Source: Squalus acanthias (Eukaryota). Taken from it: DNA of 64,000 nucleotides. Below are positions 37,433 through 50,859 of this stretch, piece after piece. The translations under genes and the position numbers were made by a program. The stretch is from assembly GCA_030390025.1 (NCBI GenBank), contig CM059432.1:73162001-73226000 (forward strand). Reading direction: 5' to 3'. Under the pieces are notes generated by a model. That model was given only the letters and a program-made list of their open reading frames with translations. It was not told the origin of the DNA and ran no database searches. The stretch's first letter is position 1. Each line of letters begins with the position of its first letter.

Positions 37433-39219
37433 TGTTCTTGCGCAACTGGTGCATCTGATTAAAAAGAATTGGGATTATTTTGCATACATGTTTCTCTGCC
37501 TCTGCTTTGGGCAATGTCACAAATGAATCCTATGCAAAAATAACAGGTTGCACGTTGCAATGCGATGAATTTTCATGGAACTAATCTAACTTTAACCAGC
37601 ATTAAGAATGTTACCGAAGGTTTCCAGCTTTAAACTGCAGAAATACGTTTTCCCTTAGTCAGGTACATTGCTGCTCTGCATATAAAAATGAAAGAAAAAC
37701 AGGGATGGGAAACATCTATTTGCCCCTGTACTACATTAGCTTCCCACCATAGCATCGAACTGTAGTTTGAATAACCACAATGTTTATACCTTTATTATTT
37801 TACTGGTACATTATAGTGAACAATTGTCACTAACTGTTTTATGGCACAGTATCTTCTCTAAAAGTGCCTATTAGTTTCATAGAGGACAGATCACCACTCT
37901 CAGTAGAGGAGAAAGGGATTGACGTGGACAGAACCAAGGAATTACATGATTGGCAACATATGAGCTGAGAAGCAAAGAGATATTTATTGATATAAAAGTG
38001 ACAGAAGCCAATTGTAAGTTAAACAAAATGTGGAGAAACCCCAACACCTACTTAACCCCAGTGGCACAACATAGCGTATATTCAAGCTGAGTGACCACAT
38101 CTGAAACTGATGCAATGATATTAAAATTATACCTTCAGCTAGGAATATATTAGTTTAAATATATCAATTTTACAATTCAGTAACATCACCTCAAAGAAAG
38201 GTCATGAATCACACTCCTGTCTCATGTAGTTACTAGAAATAAGCTATGTGTCTACAAATCAGTTCATAAATATAGACATGAGAATATTGTAACTGAAAGA
38301 AATTCAAAACAACTGGAAAAAGAGCATCACAGGATAGCAGCTGCTAGAACATTTTTTAACTATCATTTTGGTTTTGAATTCAACATCCATTTCAATTTTT
38401 ATAGGAATATTTGTTGAGGTGGTGGGGGAAATCAGTGCAAACTCTTATGAGACAATGAATTAAAATAAAACTTTGACCTACAAATCTATCGAAACATCAA
38501 GTCTTCTGTAATATATACGTACATTGTGCATTCTTATGAATGAACACATTCATTATGAATACTTTAGTAATTCAGAACAGCAGTTATGAAGGGATGTGAC
38601 TGTTCACTGAAGAGTGGTACTGTTGTGTGTCAGGTTTAATCTCCACCAGTGATGTAGTTGTTGTTGGGATACTCTACTAATGATTCACTCTTCACAACGA
38701 AACCAAATAAAACAGTTACTATGACCCATAGCACAGGAAGTATAAATAGTCACACTCCAGCCTATCCATATCTTAGTAAGTATGTTTTATTCTAACATTA
38801 AGAATTTGCAGTATACCTTTTATCACCTACACCCACAATACATGCAATTTGTAAAATGAACATTGATTTCACAACATGTAGTTTACAAGAAACCTAACCA
38901 CCATCTGAACAGTTCAACAAAGAAATTAATTTTTGCAACTTGAAATGTCACACTTTGGTCAAAACATGTCTTTAACAATCCATGATGAATGATAATCTGC
39001 TATTAGAGAACTGTTACTTTTCCATTCTATTCCATTTAACCCACCATATTTTATCATTCATTTGAAGTTGGGAACAGACAGAAATGCTAAAAGCATTTAG
39101 TGCTTGGTTTAATCAGCCCAATTTACTCAATAATCCATAAAGATTGCATATGGTTACAAATTGCTGCAGTAAACTAAGTGATAATGTTAGTTTGATGTTC
39201 TTGGTCAAATTTAAGTCCC

Positions 39220-40242
39220 TGGGCTAGAAATTGGACCTCATTGTGCCCGCTTTACGAAAGTAAACATTTCAGGCCTCAAAATGGGCCTAAAAGAATTTCT
39301 GCTCCCCTGTGTTTCACACAGTTGCCAACCTCAATATATTTAAAGAAGGAAAATTTATAGGGAAAAAAATGGAATGCCATCTGTAACTTTATATATGTAG
39401 ATACATAGAAAAAGCAAATGTTAATTTAAAGATATTCAGTACCTGTAGAAGCACACCCATAGTACTGGTACCTGTCTATTTTTAAATCGTTAAAGTATAA
39501 CCACAGCTATTGAATATTGCATCATGCAGTTCTAAATTCACCGTCGATTGCCCATATTTTCTTATACTAATTATCTTTTTATTTCAGGAATTTTTGCTTC
39601 CCAATATGCTATAGTCTGAACTGATTGGATTTGGAGGTGCTATTGCCGCATTTTGATCATGAAACCCTAAGGAAAACAATCTCCTGTTAAAGCAGGCTAC
39701 ACAGTTACATTTTCTCATTCTTTATGAATATTAAACTATTTTATATTGTTTGCACCTGTGCTAAGCCATTTCATGTAAACTGAAATTAAGCAGTGCAAAT
39801 ACAGTTTAGAGTTATCCTAAAATCTGGTATTTCTTGAAATGTTTCTCGTGCTGGCACTAGGGATGCACTCAGCTGTTTTGGAAGGGGTGGAAGATGTAAG
39901 TTATACATTTTTCCTTTCCTCCCCAAAATATTTGATGTCTTCAGGAAGCCCATTTTGTAGCTCACACCAGCTCTAAGCAGGCATGGTTTTTGCTCGGCAT
40001 GTGGAAGACAAAATGGACATAATTCCAGGGGTAGCCCAGGAATGCATCCAGATACAACCCCAAAGTTACTGCTAGAGGTATGAATGGCAGGCAGAAGGCT
40101 CATGCATCTCTCGCTGACCTGGATTTACCATGAGATATTTAATGGGGTAGGTGGATCCGGATTTAACCCAAATTTCTGCCCCTCCTTTCATGGGTGATCT
40201 GCTGGAATTGCACTCTGCCCCACCCCAAGAATTTCAGTCCCC
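39220..40242. mobile_element. Degenerate Harbinger-like MITE
   Basis: GGGCTAGAAATT start and GAATTTCAGTCCCC end; interior strongly decayed. Confidence 0.35.
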
Positions 40243-41432
40243 TAATGTCTGTACCAAGAGTTTTGGCACTGCCATTTTCAGCTGGTACAATTTACATTTG
40301 GACCATGGATATTCATATGGGAATACCTTTATATTTATGTTATTAGGTGGAAGTAGAGAAGGAAAAAGGGGATTTGACAGGTTGGTAAAATTACACCAAA
40401 GACAGACAGCCTATATCAGCCATTGCCCATGAACCTTGGTACAGAGGTAGAAGTGTGCTTATCCGGATTAGCCCAAGGAATTCTATTTTTGTAGATTGCA
40501 ATTCACAGAGGCATCTTGAAGCAGCTTTTCAGATCCTTTGACAAATCAGGGGACATTATTCAATATAGCCAAAGTCCCTATTTTCATCGTCTGTTATATA
40601 CTGCACAAATTTGCCATCCAATGACGCATAACTGAGGTGCGTCCAAGGAGAAGGACATCCAACTGCAGCAAGATAACCAGGAGAAGCAGGATGAAACAGA
40701 AGAACCTGTCGCAATTTTATGAGCTGCTAGAGTCATATACCAGACTCTCAGACAGGACCTTCACCGAAATGCCAACTGAACGCTTCAGCAGCCCTTTCTA
40801 TATCTTCACCTGTCATGAATAAATCCATATTCACCAACATAAGATTTAGCTGCAAACAAACCATCATGGTTTTCATTCACAACCCCAACTAATATGTTAT
40901 CCAACACCATGCTAAGAACACTCAGTAGAATTTCAATGCAACCTTTTTTTCAAATAAATGTATATATGCCTACTGTTTTCACCACACTACTTCACTTTGG
41001 TGGCAGTGTATAATTTTCATGGCCTAACTCTAACTTAGTGATTCTTCTAGGAAGTAGCCTAGTGGTAGTAATGAGGTGACTGCCTGCTATGAGTGTCGCT
41101 TGGAAATGAGGTGGCCCTCTATCTCCATGAGCTGGGATCTGAGATGGCCCACTTACTGGTTCTTCCACCTTCACAACTGTGGGAGCTGCTTGACCATGCC
41201 CACTGTCTGCTGCATCTGCAGTCATTGTAGTGGGTTGGTGGTAGGGTCAGAATGTGTTTTGTCCTGACAGCCATCACAGTTGTTATGCCAATTGCAGCTT
41301 GCCCATCACTGGGCACTGCCCCACTACTGATGTATGTGTGTTAACAGAGCTGATGGTTCATGGTTCTGTCTAGATGATCCCCAAGCCTGTCGAAATTGGA
41401 GCAGAGAGAGTATTACCTCACTGGAACACAAA

Positions 41433-41810
41433 GGGGGGTGATTTTTACTTTAAGCACTAAAGAGCCTCCGAGGTGGCCAAGATGGGGATTTGAGATGCAA
41501 CTCCGGTTTAGCCCACCGTTAGTGCAAGACGCCATCTTGGTAAAGGAGTTGAAGTGCACGCTAGGAATGGCCGCCCAAGGATCATTAAGGCTCTGATTGC
41601 CAATTAAATTGCCGGAGTGATTATCTGCACGAACATTTTTGTGGCTTTCTGCACACACGCACGGCATCCGGAGCCGCGCATGCATACCCGATCCCCCTCT
41701 GCACATGCACGCTGTTTACCGAGGTCATGCATGCGCAGTACCCAACAGTTGTGGCCTGCAGTAGGCCACGCTTTAGTCAGCTCCATGGGAGAAGGTCACT
41801 GGATCTATGC
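41433..41810. mobile_element. Harbinger-like element left end preceding the GA array
   Basis: Starts GGGGGGTGATTTTT; CpG-rich subterminal region with GCGCATGC motifs like the MITE at 49987. Confidence 0.5.
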
Positions 41811-41814
41811 TGGC

Positions 41815-42018
41815 CAGGGGAAGGAGAGGATCGAAAGGGGAGAGAGAGAGGGAATTGGAGGGGGGTGGGGAATGGGATTGGAAAGGGAATCGGAGGGGGA
41901 GAGGGAAAGGGAGAATCGGAGGGGGAGAGGGAGAATTGGAGGTGGAGAGAGTGTGAATTGGGGGGAGAGAGAGAGAATTGGGGGGAGAAAGAGAATCGTG
42001 GGGGGAGAGAGAGAGAAT

Positions 42019-42059
<41 letters not shown>

Positions 42060-42960
42060 ATTGGAGGGGGAAGAGGGAATCGGAGGGGGGAGAGCGAGTG
42101 TGAGAATCGGAATAGAGAGAGAGAGAGTGAATTGGAGGGGAAAGAGGGAATCAGAGGGGAAAGGGAATCCGAGAAGAGAGAGAGTGAATCTAAGGAGGGA
42201 GAATGAGGGAATCGGATGGGGAGAGGGAGGGAATCGGAGGGGAGAGAGAGTGGGAATCGGAGAGGGAAGAGAATCGGAGGGGGGGAGAGAGAGAGAGAGA
42301 AATGGAGGGGGAGAGAGAGACGGATCGGAGGGGGATAGAGAGGGAGAATCGGAGGGGAGAGAGAGAGGAAATCGGAGGGGGGAGAGAGAGAATCGGAGGG
42401 GAGAGAGAGAGGGAGAGAGAGAGAGAGAGAGAGAATCGCAGGGGGGAGAGAGAGGGTGAATCGGAGGGGGGGGAGGAAGAGGGAATCGGAGAGGGGAGAG
42501 AGAATTGGAGGAGAGAGAGAGGGAATCCGAGAGGAGAGAGAATAAGAGAGGGGTGAGAGAGAATCGGAGCGGGGAGAGGGAGGGAATCGGGGGGGGGAGA
42601 GAGAGAGGGAAATGGAGGGGGGGAGAGAGAGGAAATCGGAGGGGAGAGAGTAGGAATCGGAGAGGGGAGAGAGAGAGAGAGAGAGAGAGAGAGGGATTGG
42701 AGGGGCAGAGAGGGAGGGAAATGGAGGGGGAGAGAGAGGGATCGGAGGGGCAGAGAGAAAGGGGATCGGAGGGGCAGAGAGAAAGGGGATCGGAGGGGCA
42801 GAGAGAAAGGGGATCGGAGAGGGGAGAGGGGAGAGGGGAGAGGGGAGAGGGGAGAGGGGAGAGGGGATCGGGGGGAGAGAGAGAGTGGATCGGGGGGAGA
42901 GAGGGAATAGAGGGGGGAGAGAGAGGGGATCAGAGGGAGGAGAGAGAGAGGGAATCGGGG

Positions 42961-43004
<44 letters not shown>

Positions 43005-43423
43005 CGGAGGGGAGAGAGAGAGCGAGCGAGAGCGAGAGCGAGAGCGCGAGAGCGAGAGCGAGAGAAGAGAGAAGGAATCGGAGAGGGGAGAGAGAGAATC
43101 GGAGCGGGGAGAGGGAGGGAATCGGGGGGGAGAGAGAGGGATCGGAGGGGGAGAGAGAAAGGGGATCGGAGGGGAGGAAGAGAGAGGGGATGGGGAGAGA
43201 GAAGGAGAATCGGAGGGGAGAGAGAGAGGGAATCGGAGGGGGGAGAGGGAGAGAGGATTGGAGTTGGGAGCGAGGGAGTGGATCAGGGGAGAGAGGGAAT
43301 CGGAAGGGGAGAGAAAGAGGGAATTGGAGGGGAGAGGGGGAATTGGAGGGGGGAAAGAGAGAGCGAGAGAGAGCGCGAGAGAGAGAGCGCGAGAGCGCGA
43401 GAGAGAGAGCGCGAGAGCGCGAG

Positions 43424-43454
<31 letters not shown>

Positions 43455-44104
43455 ATCAGAGGGGGGAGAGAGAAGGAATCGGAGAGGGGAGAGAGAATCG
43501 GAGCGGGGAGAGGGAGGGAATCGGGGGGGAGAGAGAGGGATCGGAGGGGGAGAGAGAAAGGGGATCGGAGGGGGGGAAGAGAGAGGGGATGGGGAGAGAG
43601 AAGGAGAATCGGAGGGGAGAGAGAGAGGGAATCGGAGGGGGGAGAGGGAGAGAGGATTGGAGTTGGGAGCGAGGGAGTGGATCAGGGGAGAGAGGGAATC
43701 GGAAGGGGAGAGAAAGAGGGAATTGGAGGGGAGAGGGGGAATTGGAGGGGGGAAAGAGAGAGCGAGAGAGAGCGCGAGAGAGAGAGAGAGAGAGAGAGAG
43801 AGAATCAGAGGGGGGAGAGAGAAGGAATCGGAGAGGGGAGAGAGAGAGAATCGGAGCGGGGAGAGGGAGGGAATCGGGGGGGAGAGAGAGGGATCGGAGG
43901 GGGAGAGAGAAAGGGGATCGGAGGGGGGGAAGAGAGAGGGGATGGGGAGAGAGAAGGAGAATCGGAGGGGAGAGAGAGAGGGAATCGGAGGGGGGAGAGG
44001 GAGAGAGGATTGGAGTTGGGAGCGAGGGAGTGGATCAGGGGAGAGAGGGAATCGGAAGGGGAGAGAAAGAGGGAATTGGAGGGGAGAGGGGGAATTGGAG
44101 GGGG

Positions 44105-44135
<31 letters not shown>

Positions 44136-44150
44136 GGAGAGAGGATCGGA
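41815..44150 (+). repeat. Polypurine (GA-rich) complex array with GAATCGGAGGGG subunits and ~350-400-bp higher-order repeats
   Basis: GAGTTGGGAGCGAGGGAGTGGATCAGG recurs at ~43261, 43660 and 44013; interspersed (GA)n and (GAGC/GAGA)n tracts. Confidence 0.95.
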
Positions 44151-44949
44151 GGGGGAGGAGCTCAGGAACTCTAGGGGAGAGGAGGTCAGGTACTCGGGGT
44201 GGAGGGAGGGGTAAACAGCACGGAGAGCAGAGTGGGGATGGGAGCAGAACGTGATCCAGGTCTAAATGGGGGAGGGGGAATGAGAGCGAGAACGTGATCC
44301 AGATGGTAAGACGGATCATGTTTTTCCAACCCCACCCCCTTTACACCCGTACCACATTCTCCTTCTCCTCTCCCGAGATCTGGTTGGTTTCTCGGAAAGC
44401 TCGGTGCGTGTGTGGCAAGTGACATCATTGGACTGGATGAAATCCGTAAGTCATGATACTGTCACTATTCACTTCATACCCAATGAACCTGTTAACAATC
44501 CGTGACGCACACACAATGCCCCATCTATGGAGGGTGGGGGGATGGTCAGGATATTGTTGGGGGGAGAAGGGCATGAACCTGGAGGGGGAGGAACTTGGGC
44601 AGGGGGAGGAGGTCAGGAACTTGGGCGTCGGGGGCGGGGGGGGGGGCGCAGGTCAGAAACTCGGGTGGGGGGAGGAGGTCAGGAACTTGTTGGGGAGGGA
44701 AGAGGTCAGAAACTCGGGGGTGTGAGGATGGTTAGGAACTTGTTTGGGGGGGGTGGAAGAAAGTCTTAACCCATGAGGATGAGCCCTGTCTGTTCTATGT
44801 GAGCTCTGTTCTGTCTAGAGCAAGGCAGTCAGAAAGGCTCGAATTACACTTTGCTAAGTAATTGATTACTTAGGCAGGCAGGATCTAATTGCATATTCCA
44901 GAGAAATTACTGGGTGTGTCTTGTCCTCCAAGGGGACCAATCAGAAATC

Positions 44950-45817
44950 AGGTGTTGCCTTCTGGTGTTGGAAATAAACACAACCTTAAATTGCCTGCTA
45001 GCGCTCATTAAAGAGGCCGCATGTCATTTTGGTGGCTAACGCTCCAATCAACGACCTCTCCTAAGAGCAACCAGCTGAACAGGAGTAAGCAAGTTGTTGC
45101 TGAGTATTTCTAGTGCTCCTTAAAGACATGCTCAGCTTTCACTGTTCACTTGCTGCAGAAGATATCCTGTGTTTGCAGAAGACTTTTGAGACAAATCAGG
45201 GGACTTTCTGGGACACTTTGTCAAGTCTTCACCAACACTCTATCAACACTTTTCCTGGAAATTCTCTGAGGACTTCACCTAAAGAGAGTAAGTGCTGTGC
45301 TACTGTATCTTATTGAAGAACTTATAGGAGTCAACCTGGAAAAAATGCATGTTTGGTCATGGGGATCTTGCCAGTGGTCCTCCTTGGTCTGGAGGAGGAA
45401 TGGGAGGAGGAGATGATAAGGCCAGGCAGAGCAGAACCAGCTGCTGGAACAGAGACAGGAGGCCGAGATTGGGCTCGTTCTCCCCACCCCGTGCGAGTAC
45501 AGGACATCCCTCCTCCACCAGGACCTCCAGTGCCATGTCCAAGAACCTGTGCACCCTCTCCCTCCGTCCCTAAGCCATCCTGAAACATTCCGTTGTGTGT
45601 CTGCCAGCGCACTCCACACCTTCAGTGGAAGTGAGTGCGTGGAGGCTACATATACCGCTCCACAAAAATTGCTTCTAATCAGCGCTTGAGTGCTGCATCA
45701 TGGTAATCAGTAATTAGCCCCAAAATTGCGGGCTAAAACCAGAATTTCAAACAGGCGTGCCTTATTAGCACAGCACCCACATAGCGCCTGTTTTCACCCT
45801 TCACCAAAATAACGCCC
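44950..45817. mobile_element. Internally deleted Harbinger derivative (left boundary uncertain)
   Basis: Minus-strand Myb start HRFLDMALEVLVEE...DVLY (~45490-45555) abuts a plus-strand transposase-like N-terminus; ends CCAAAATAACGCCC. Confidence 0.6.
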
Positions 45818-46657
45818 ACAGGCTTTAAGGCAGTAGTCATCTGTTCACAAGAGATGCTACCACTGGCTTTAGGGCCTTTGCTGGAGAGGCTCCACTACAG
45901 ATGTCCTTGGAAATTCTGTGTGTGCCAGGGAAGACTAGAGTGCGGAGTCTGTCCTTCACAACTGCATGGATATGAATAATGGACTCCTACATCCTGGTCT
46001 ATTTCTGTTCCAGGTAGGCTAGCACCGTGTCCAATGACTGTAATAATCATCAGTGATTAGAAGTTATGGCGGAAGAGTGGGAGAACCCCTGTGGCATTTC
46101 ATCCCCCTCCAACCCCACCCCCCAATACTATGGAGCTTGACTGTTTGCTTTGGTGGCAGCAGATAGGAGAAGGAGTGAGTGTGTGAATTGAGTGAGAAGA
46201 ACGAACATGAAAAGGATGATACTAACTCTAAAATTTTTCATCTTCTACTACATCTCCATCTCCCACTCCCTCAAATCCTCAGTGGCCAACGATCTGCAGA
46301 GCAGCCTCTTAAAATCAGTCAGTGCTTAGTGATTCCTCTGCCCTTCACCCGTCTGGGTTTGTTACTGCCTATTATTTGTGGCCTTCTCCTGCAAGCAGAG
46401 AATATGAATCGTCAATGATCTAAAACACATACAGTGACAGCCGAGTGCCACACTGCAACCCATAGTGGGTGTATCTACATGTACATGCAATCTGCAGGCA
46501 TCCTGAGATGAAAAAAAAGTTTCAGGATAAATCCCTTAAGATACGAGTGAAAAAGGAGTCACAGGTATTGGGTGCTGATGCTTTGTTCCTTGCAGCTTAA
46601 TATGTATGCATGATAATCATTCAAAGTACTGTGAGACAGAGTAATGGTAAGTAAATA

Positions 46658-49650
46658 CTAGGAGTTCCAGGATTTTGACCCAGCAACGATGAAGAAACAG
46701 CGATATATTTCCAAATTAGGATGGTGTGTGACTTGGAGGGGAACTTGCAGGTGATGGTGTTCCCCTGCCGGCCTTGTCCTTCTAGGTGGTAGATGTCGCA
46801 GGTTTGGGCGGTGCTGTCGAAGAAGCCTTGGTGAGTTGCTGCAGTGCATCTTGTAGATGGTACATACTGCAGCTATGGTGTGCCGGTGGTGGAGGGAGTG
46901 AATGTTTAAGGTGGTGGATGGGTTGCCAATCAAGCGGGCTGCTTTGTCCTGGATGGTGTCGAGCTTCTTGAGTGTTGTTGGAGCTGCACTCACCCAGGCA
47001 AGTGGAGAGTATTCCATCACACTCCTGATTTGTGCCTTGCAGATGATGGAAAGGCTTTGAGGAGTCAGGAGGTGAGACACTCACTGCAGAATGCCCAGCC
47101 TCTGACCTACTCTTGTAGCCACCGTATTTATGTGGCGGGTCCACTTAAGTTTCTGGTCAATGGTGACCCCCAGGATGTTGATGTTGATAGGGGATTTGGC
47201 GATGGTAATGCCATTGAATGTCAAGGGGCAGTGGTTAGACTCCCCTCTCTTGTTGGAGATGGTCATTGCCTGGCACCTGTGTGTGCGAATGTTACTTGCC
47301 ACTTATCAGCCCAAGTCTGAATGTTGTCCAGGTCTTGCTGCAAGCGAGCAGAAATTGCTTCATTATCTGAGGAGTTGCGAACGGAACTGAACACTGCAAT
47401 CATTAGCGAACATCCCCACTTCTGACCATATCATGGAGGGAATGTTATTGTTTAAGCCAGTGGAGAGTTTTCCCCCTGATTCCCATTGATTTCAATTTTA
47501 CTCAGGATCCTTGATGCCACACTTGATCAAAAGCTGCCTTGATGTCAAGGGCAGTCACTCTCTCCTTTCCTCTGGAATTAAGCTCCTTTGTCCATGTATG
47601 GACCAAGGTTGTAATGAGGTCTTAAGCCGAGTGGTCCTGGCAGAACCCAAATTGAGCATCGGTGAGCAGGTTATTTGGTGAGTAAGTGCCACTTGATAGC
47701 ACTGTCGATAACATCTTCCATCACTTTGCTGATGATTGAGAGTTGACTGATGGGGCAGTAATTGGCCAGATTGGATTTGTCCTGCTTTTTGTGGACAGGA
47801 CATACCTGGGCAGTTTTCCACATTGTCGGCTAGATGCTAGTGTTGTAGCTGTATTGGAACAGCTTGGCTAGAGGTACGGCTAGTTCTGGAGCACAAGTCT
47901 TCAGCACAACAGCCGGGTTATTGTCGGGGTCCATAGCTGTTGCTCTATCCAGTGCACTCAGCCATTTCTTGATATCACGTGGAGTGAATCGAATTGACTG
48001 AAGACTGGCTTCTGTGATGGTGGGGCCTCCAGGAGGAGGCCGAGATGGATCATCCATTCAGCACTTCTGGCTGAAGATGGTTGCAAATGCTTTAGCCTTG
48101 TCTTTTGCACTTGTCTGCTGGGCTCTGCCATCATTGAGGATGGGGATGTTCATGGAGCCGCCATCTCCCGTTAGTTGTTTAATGGTCCACCACCATTCAT
48201 GATTAGGTGTGGCAGGACTGCAAAGCTTTGATCTGATCTGTTGGTTGTGGGATTGCTTAGCTCTGTCTATAGCATGCTGCTTCCACTGTTTAGCATGCAT
48301 GTAGTCCTATGCTGCAGCTTCCCCAGGATGGCACCTCATTTTTAGGTACGCCTGGTGCTGCTCCTGGCATGCTCTTCTGCACTCCTTATTGAACCAGAGT
48401 TGGTCGACTGGTTTGATGGTAATGATAGAGTGAGGGATATGCCGGGCCATGAAGTTACAGATTGTGGTAGAATAAAATTCTGCTGCTGCCGATCGCCCAC
48501 AGCGCCTCACGGATGCCCAGTTTTGAGCTGCAAGATCTGTTCTGAATCTATCCATTTAGCACAGTGGTAGTGCCACACAACACGATTGAGGGTGTCCTCA
48601 GTGTGAAGACTGGACTTCGTCTCCACACGGACTGTGCAGTGGTCATTGTTGCCAATACTGTCATGGACAGATGCATCTGCAACAGGTAGATTGGTGAGGA
48701 CGAGGTCAAGTATGTTTTTCCCTCATGTTGGTTCTCTCACCACCTCCTGCAGGCCCAGTCTGGCAGCTAAGTCCTTCAGAACTCAGCCAGCTCGGTCGGT
48801 AGTGGTGCTACTGAGCCACTCTTGATGATGGACATTCTGTGCCCTTGCTACCCTCAGTGCTTCTTCCAAGTGGTGTTCAACATAGAGGAGTACTGATTCA
48901 TCAGCTGAGGGAGGGCGGTAGGTGGTAATCAGCAGGAGGTTTCCTTGCCCATGTTTGACCTGATGCCATGAGACTTCATGGGGCCTGGAGTCAATGTTGA
49001 GGACTCACAGGGCCACTCCCTCCCGACTGTATACCACTGTGCCGCCACCTCTGGTGTCTGGAACACTGGCTGAAAGGTCTGATTCTGTGAGTATGACGAT
49101 GTCAGGCTGTTGCTCAACTCTGTTTCTCTCTCCACGGATGTTGCCTGGCCTGCTGAGTTTTTCCAGCGTTTTCTGTTGTTATGTTGCTTGACTAGTCTGT
49201 GGGACAGCTCTCAATTTTGGCAAAAGTCCCCAGATGTTAGTGAGCAGAGTTTGCAGGGTTGACTGGGCTGGGTGTGCCTTTGTTGTGTCCAAAGCCGGTG
49301 CCTAGGTCAATGCCGGGTGGTTTGTCCGGTTTTCTTTTTTTTGTAACAGTTTGTTACAACTGAGTGGCTTGCTAGGCCATTTCGGAAGGCAGTTAAGAGT
49401 CAACCACATTGTTGTGGGTCTGGAGTCACATACAGGCCAGACCAGGTAAGGATGGCAGATTTCCTTCCCTAAAAGGACATTAATGAACCAGATGGGTTTT
49501 TAAAACAATCTGGCAGTTTCATGGTCACCATACTAGCTTTTTATTCCAGATTTATTTAAAAAACTGAATTTAAATTCCACAGCTGCCATGGTGGGATTTG
49601 AACTCATGTCTCCGGATTATTAGTCCAGTAACATAACCACTATGCCACCC
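46658..49650 (-). mobile_element. CR1-group (Zenon-like) LINE copy 1 with tRNA-like 5' head; decayed, 3' tail missing
   Basis: ORF fragments VLKTCAPELAVPLAKLFQYSY and ICKAQIRSVMEYSPLAW; collinear with 51821-55815. A box 49637-49647, B box 49594-49605. Confidence 0.9.
49115..49181 (+). mobile_element. 67-bp Penelope pLTR fragment inserted in the LINE
   Basis: TSD TGTTGCT (49108-49114, 49182-49188). Empty site GTCAGGCTGTTGCTTGACTAG is present in copy 2 (~55306-55326). Confidence 0.92.
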
Positions 49651-49986
49651 TACCCACATAAAATAGTGGTGGGCAGTCTGAACTTGGCTACCTGGTGAAA
49701 TTTCTAAACTTTTTCCGGACTTAGATCTATGTCCTCTAGGTGTTGCTTTGAGCATTGATGTGTTCGGCTATCTCCTGGTTGATTTTTGCTCTGTGGTGTC
49801 AAGGATGACTTGCTTCAGCAACACTTCTGTTGAAGCACCATTAAACTCTCTTTTCCATCAAAATGCACAAGAAAATTGAAACAAGAAATTTTTATCGGCA
49901 GAAAAGCCTTCCCATTTAAAATGGATTAAAGTGTTACAAGATATAGTCACCATTAGCCCCTTCATTAATGCATGTTGTAACATATA

Positions 49987-50749
49987 GGCCCAGAAATTCG
50001 GCCGAATACGGGAGAGTACGCACTGTGTACTCACCCATATTCGGTCCCGAAGTGCCGGTTTCCTGCATGCACTGCGCATGCGTGGGAAACCGACACTTCC
50101 AATATTGCGAAGGGGGCGGTTCCTAAGTGAACCACGTGCGCACTACAGGCTGTGCGCACGCAGCACACTTAGGTTTTTTTTCAGGTTTGAACGCGAGGGT
50201 AAGTATTGAAGATTTTACACATGAAAAAAGGAGGCGTAAGACCCCCTTTTAACAAGGTAAGTAGTTAATTAAGTATTTTAAATTTTTTTCAACAGGTTTA
50301 TCTTTTTTAGAGACTTTAAAGAAAGGTAAGTTTATTTTTATAACTTTTAAAAAATTTCAAAAATTTCAAAAAATTTAAATTTTTGTTTAAAGTGGTTAAT
50401 TTATTTAACTATAGTTATTTTATTAATGTGATGGTTTTTTTTTTTAAATTTAATTGAGGTTTAGCTGTTCTTTTGGGGGCAAGTTGTATTCATAGTTTTG
50501 ACAGCTCTTCCTGTCAAAACTATGAATGAAAGATGGTGTGCTGCCATTGGCTCTAACTGGCCCACGTGATCCCAGAGGTCGCATCGAACTAACTGCGCCT
50601 CTGGGACACGCACACACTGCGCGCCGGCACCAGGGAGAGGCCCAGGAGCAGAAGTTCGTGTGGGCCCGAACCATAAAGGCAGGCGCGGTAGGTAAGATCG
50701 CGCACGATCCTTACCCCCGCGGCAACCATCGAAGTCTAATTTCTGGGCC
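49987..50749. mobile_element. Harbinger-type MITE
   Basis: 12-bp TIR GGCCCAGAAATT and AATTTCTGGGCC; flanks ATA/ATT. Confidence 0.85.
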
Positions 50750-50859
50750 ATTGTACTCTATATAACTCGGCTCCAAAGGTTGTCAACCTAATCCTAAATT
50801 ATTTGTTAACATGCAGTGCTCACTGGGGGGAAAAAAGTTATCTTCATGGTTGGATCTAT

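Noticed and set aside
41617..44254. Long E/R/G-rich ORFs (up to 569 aa) in all three plus frames
   Set aside because: Artefact of T-poor GA repeats that rarely form stop codons; no domain content.
49590..49650. Possible tRNA genes (also 55730-55815, 22160-22232, 2720-2786)
   Set aside because: A/B boxes are present, but there is no full cloverleaf or T-run terminator and they are attached to retroelement bodies.
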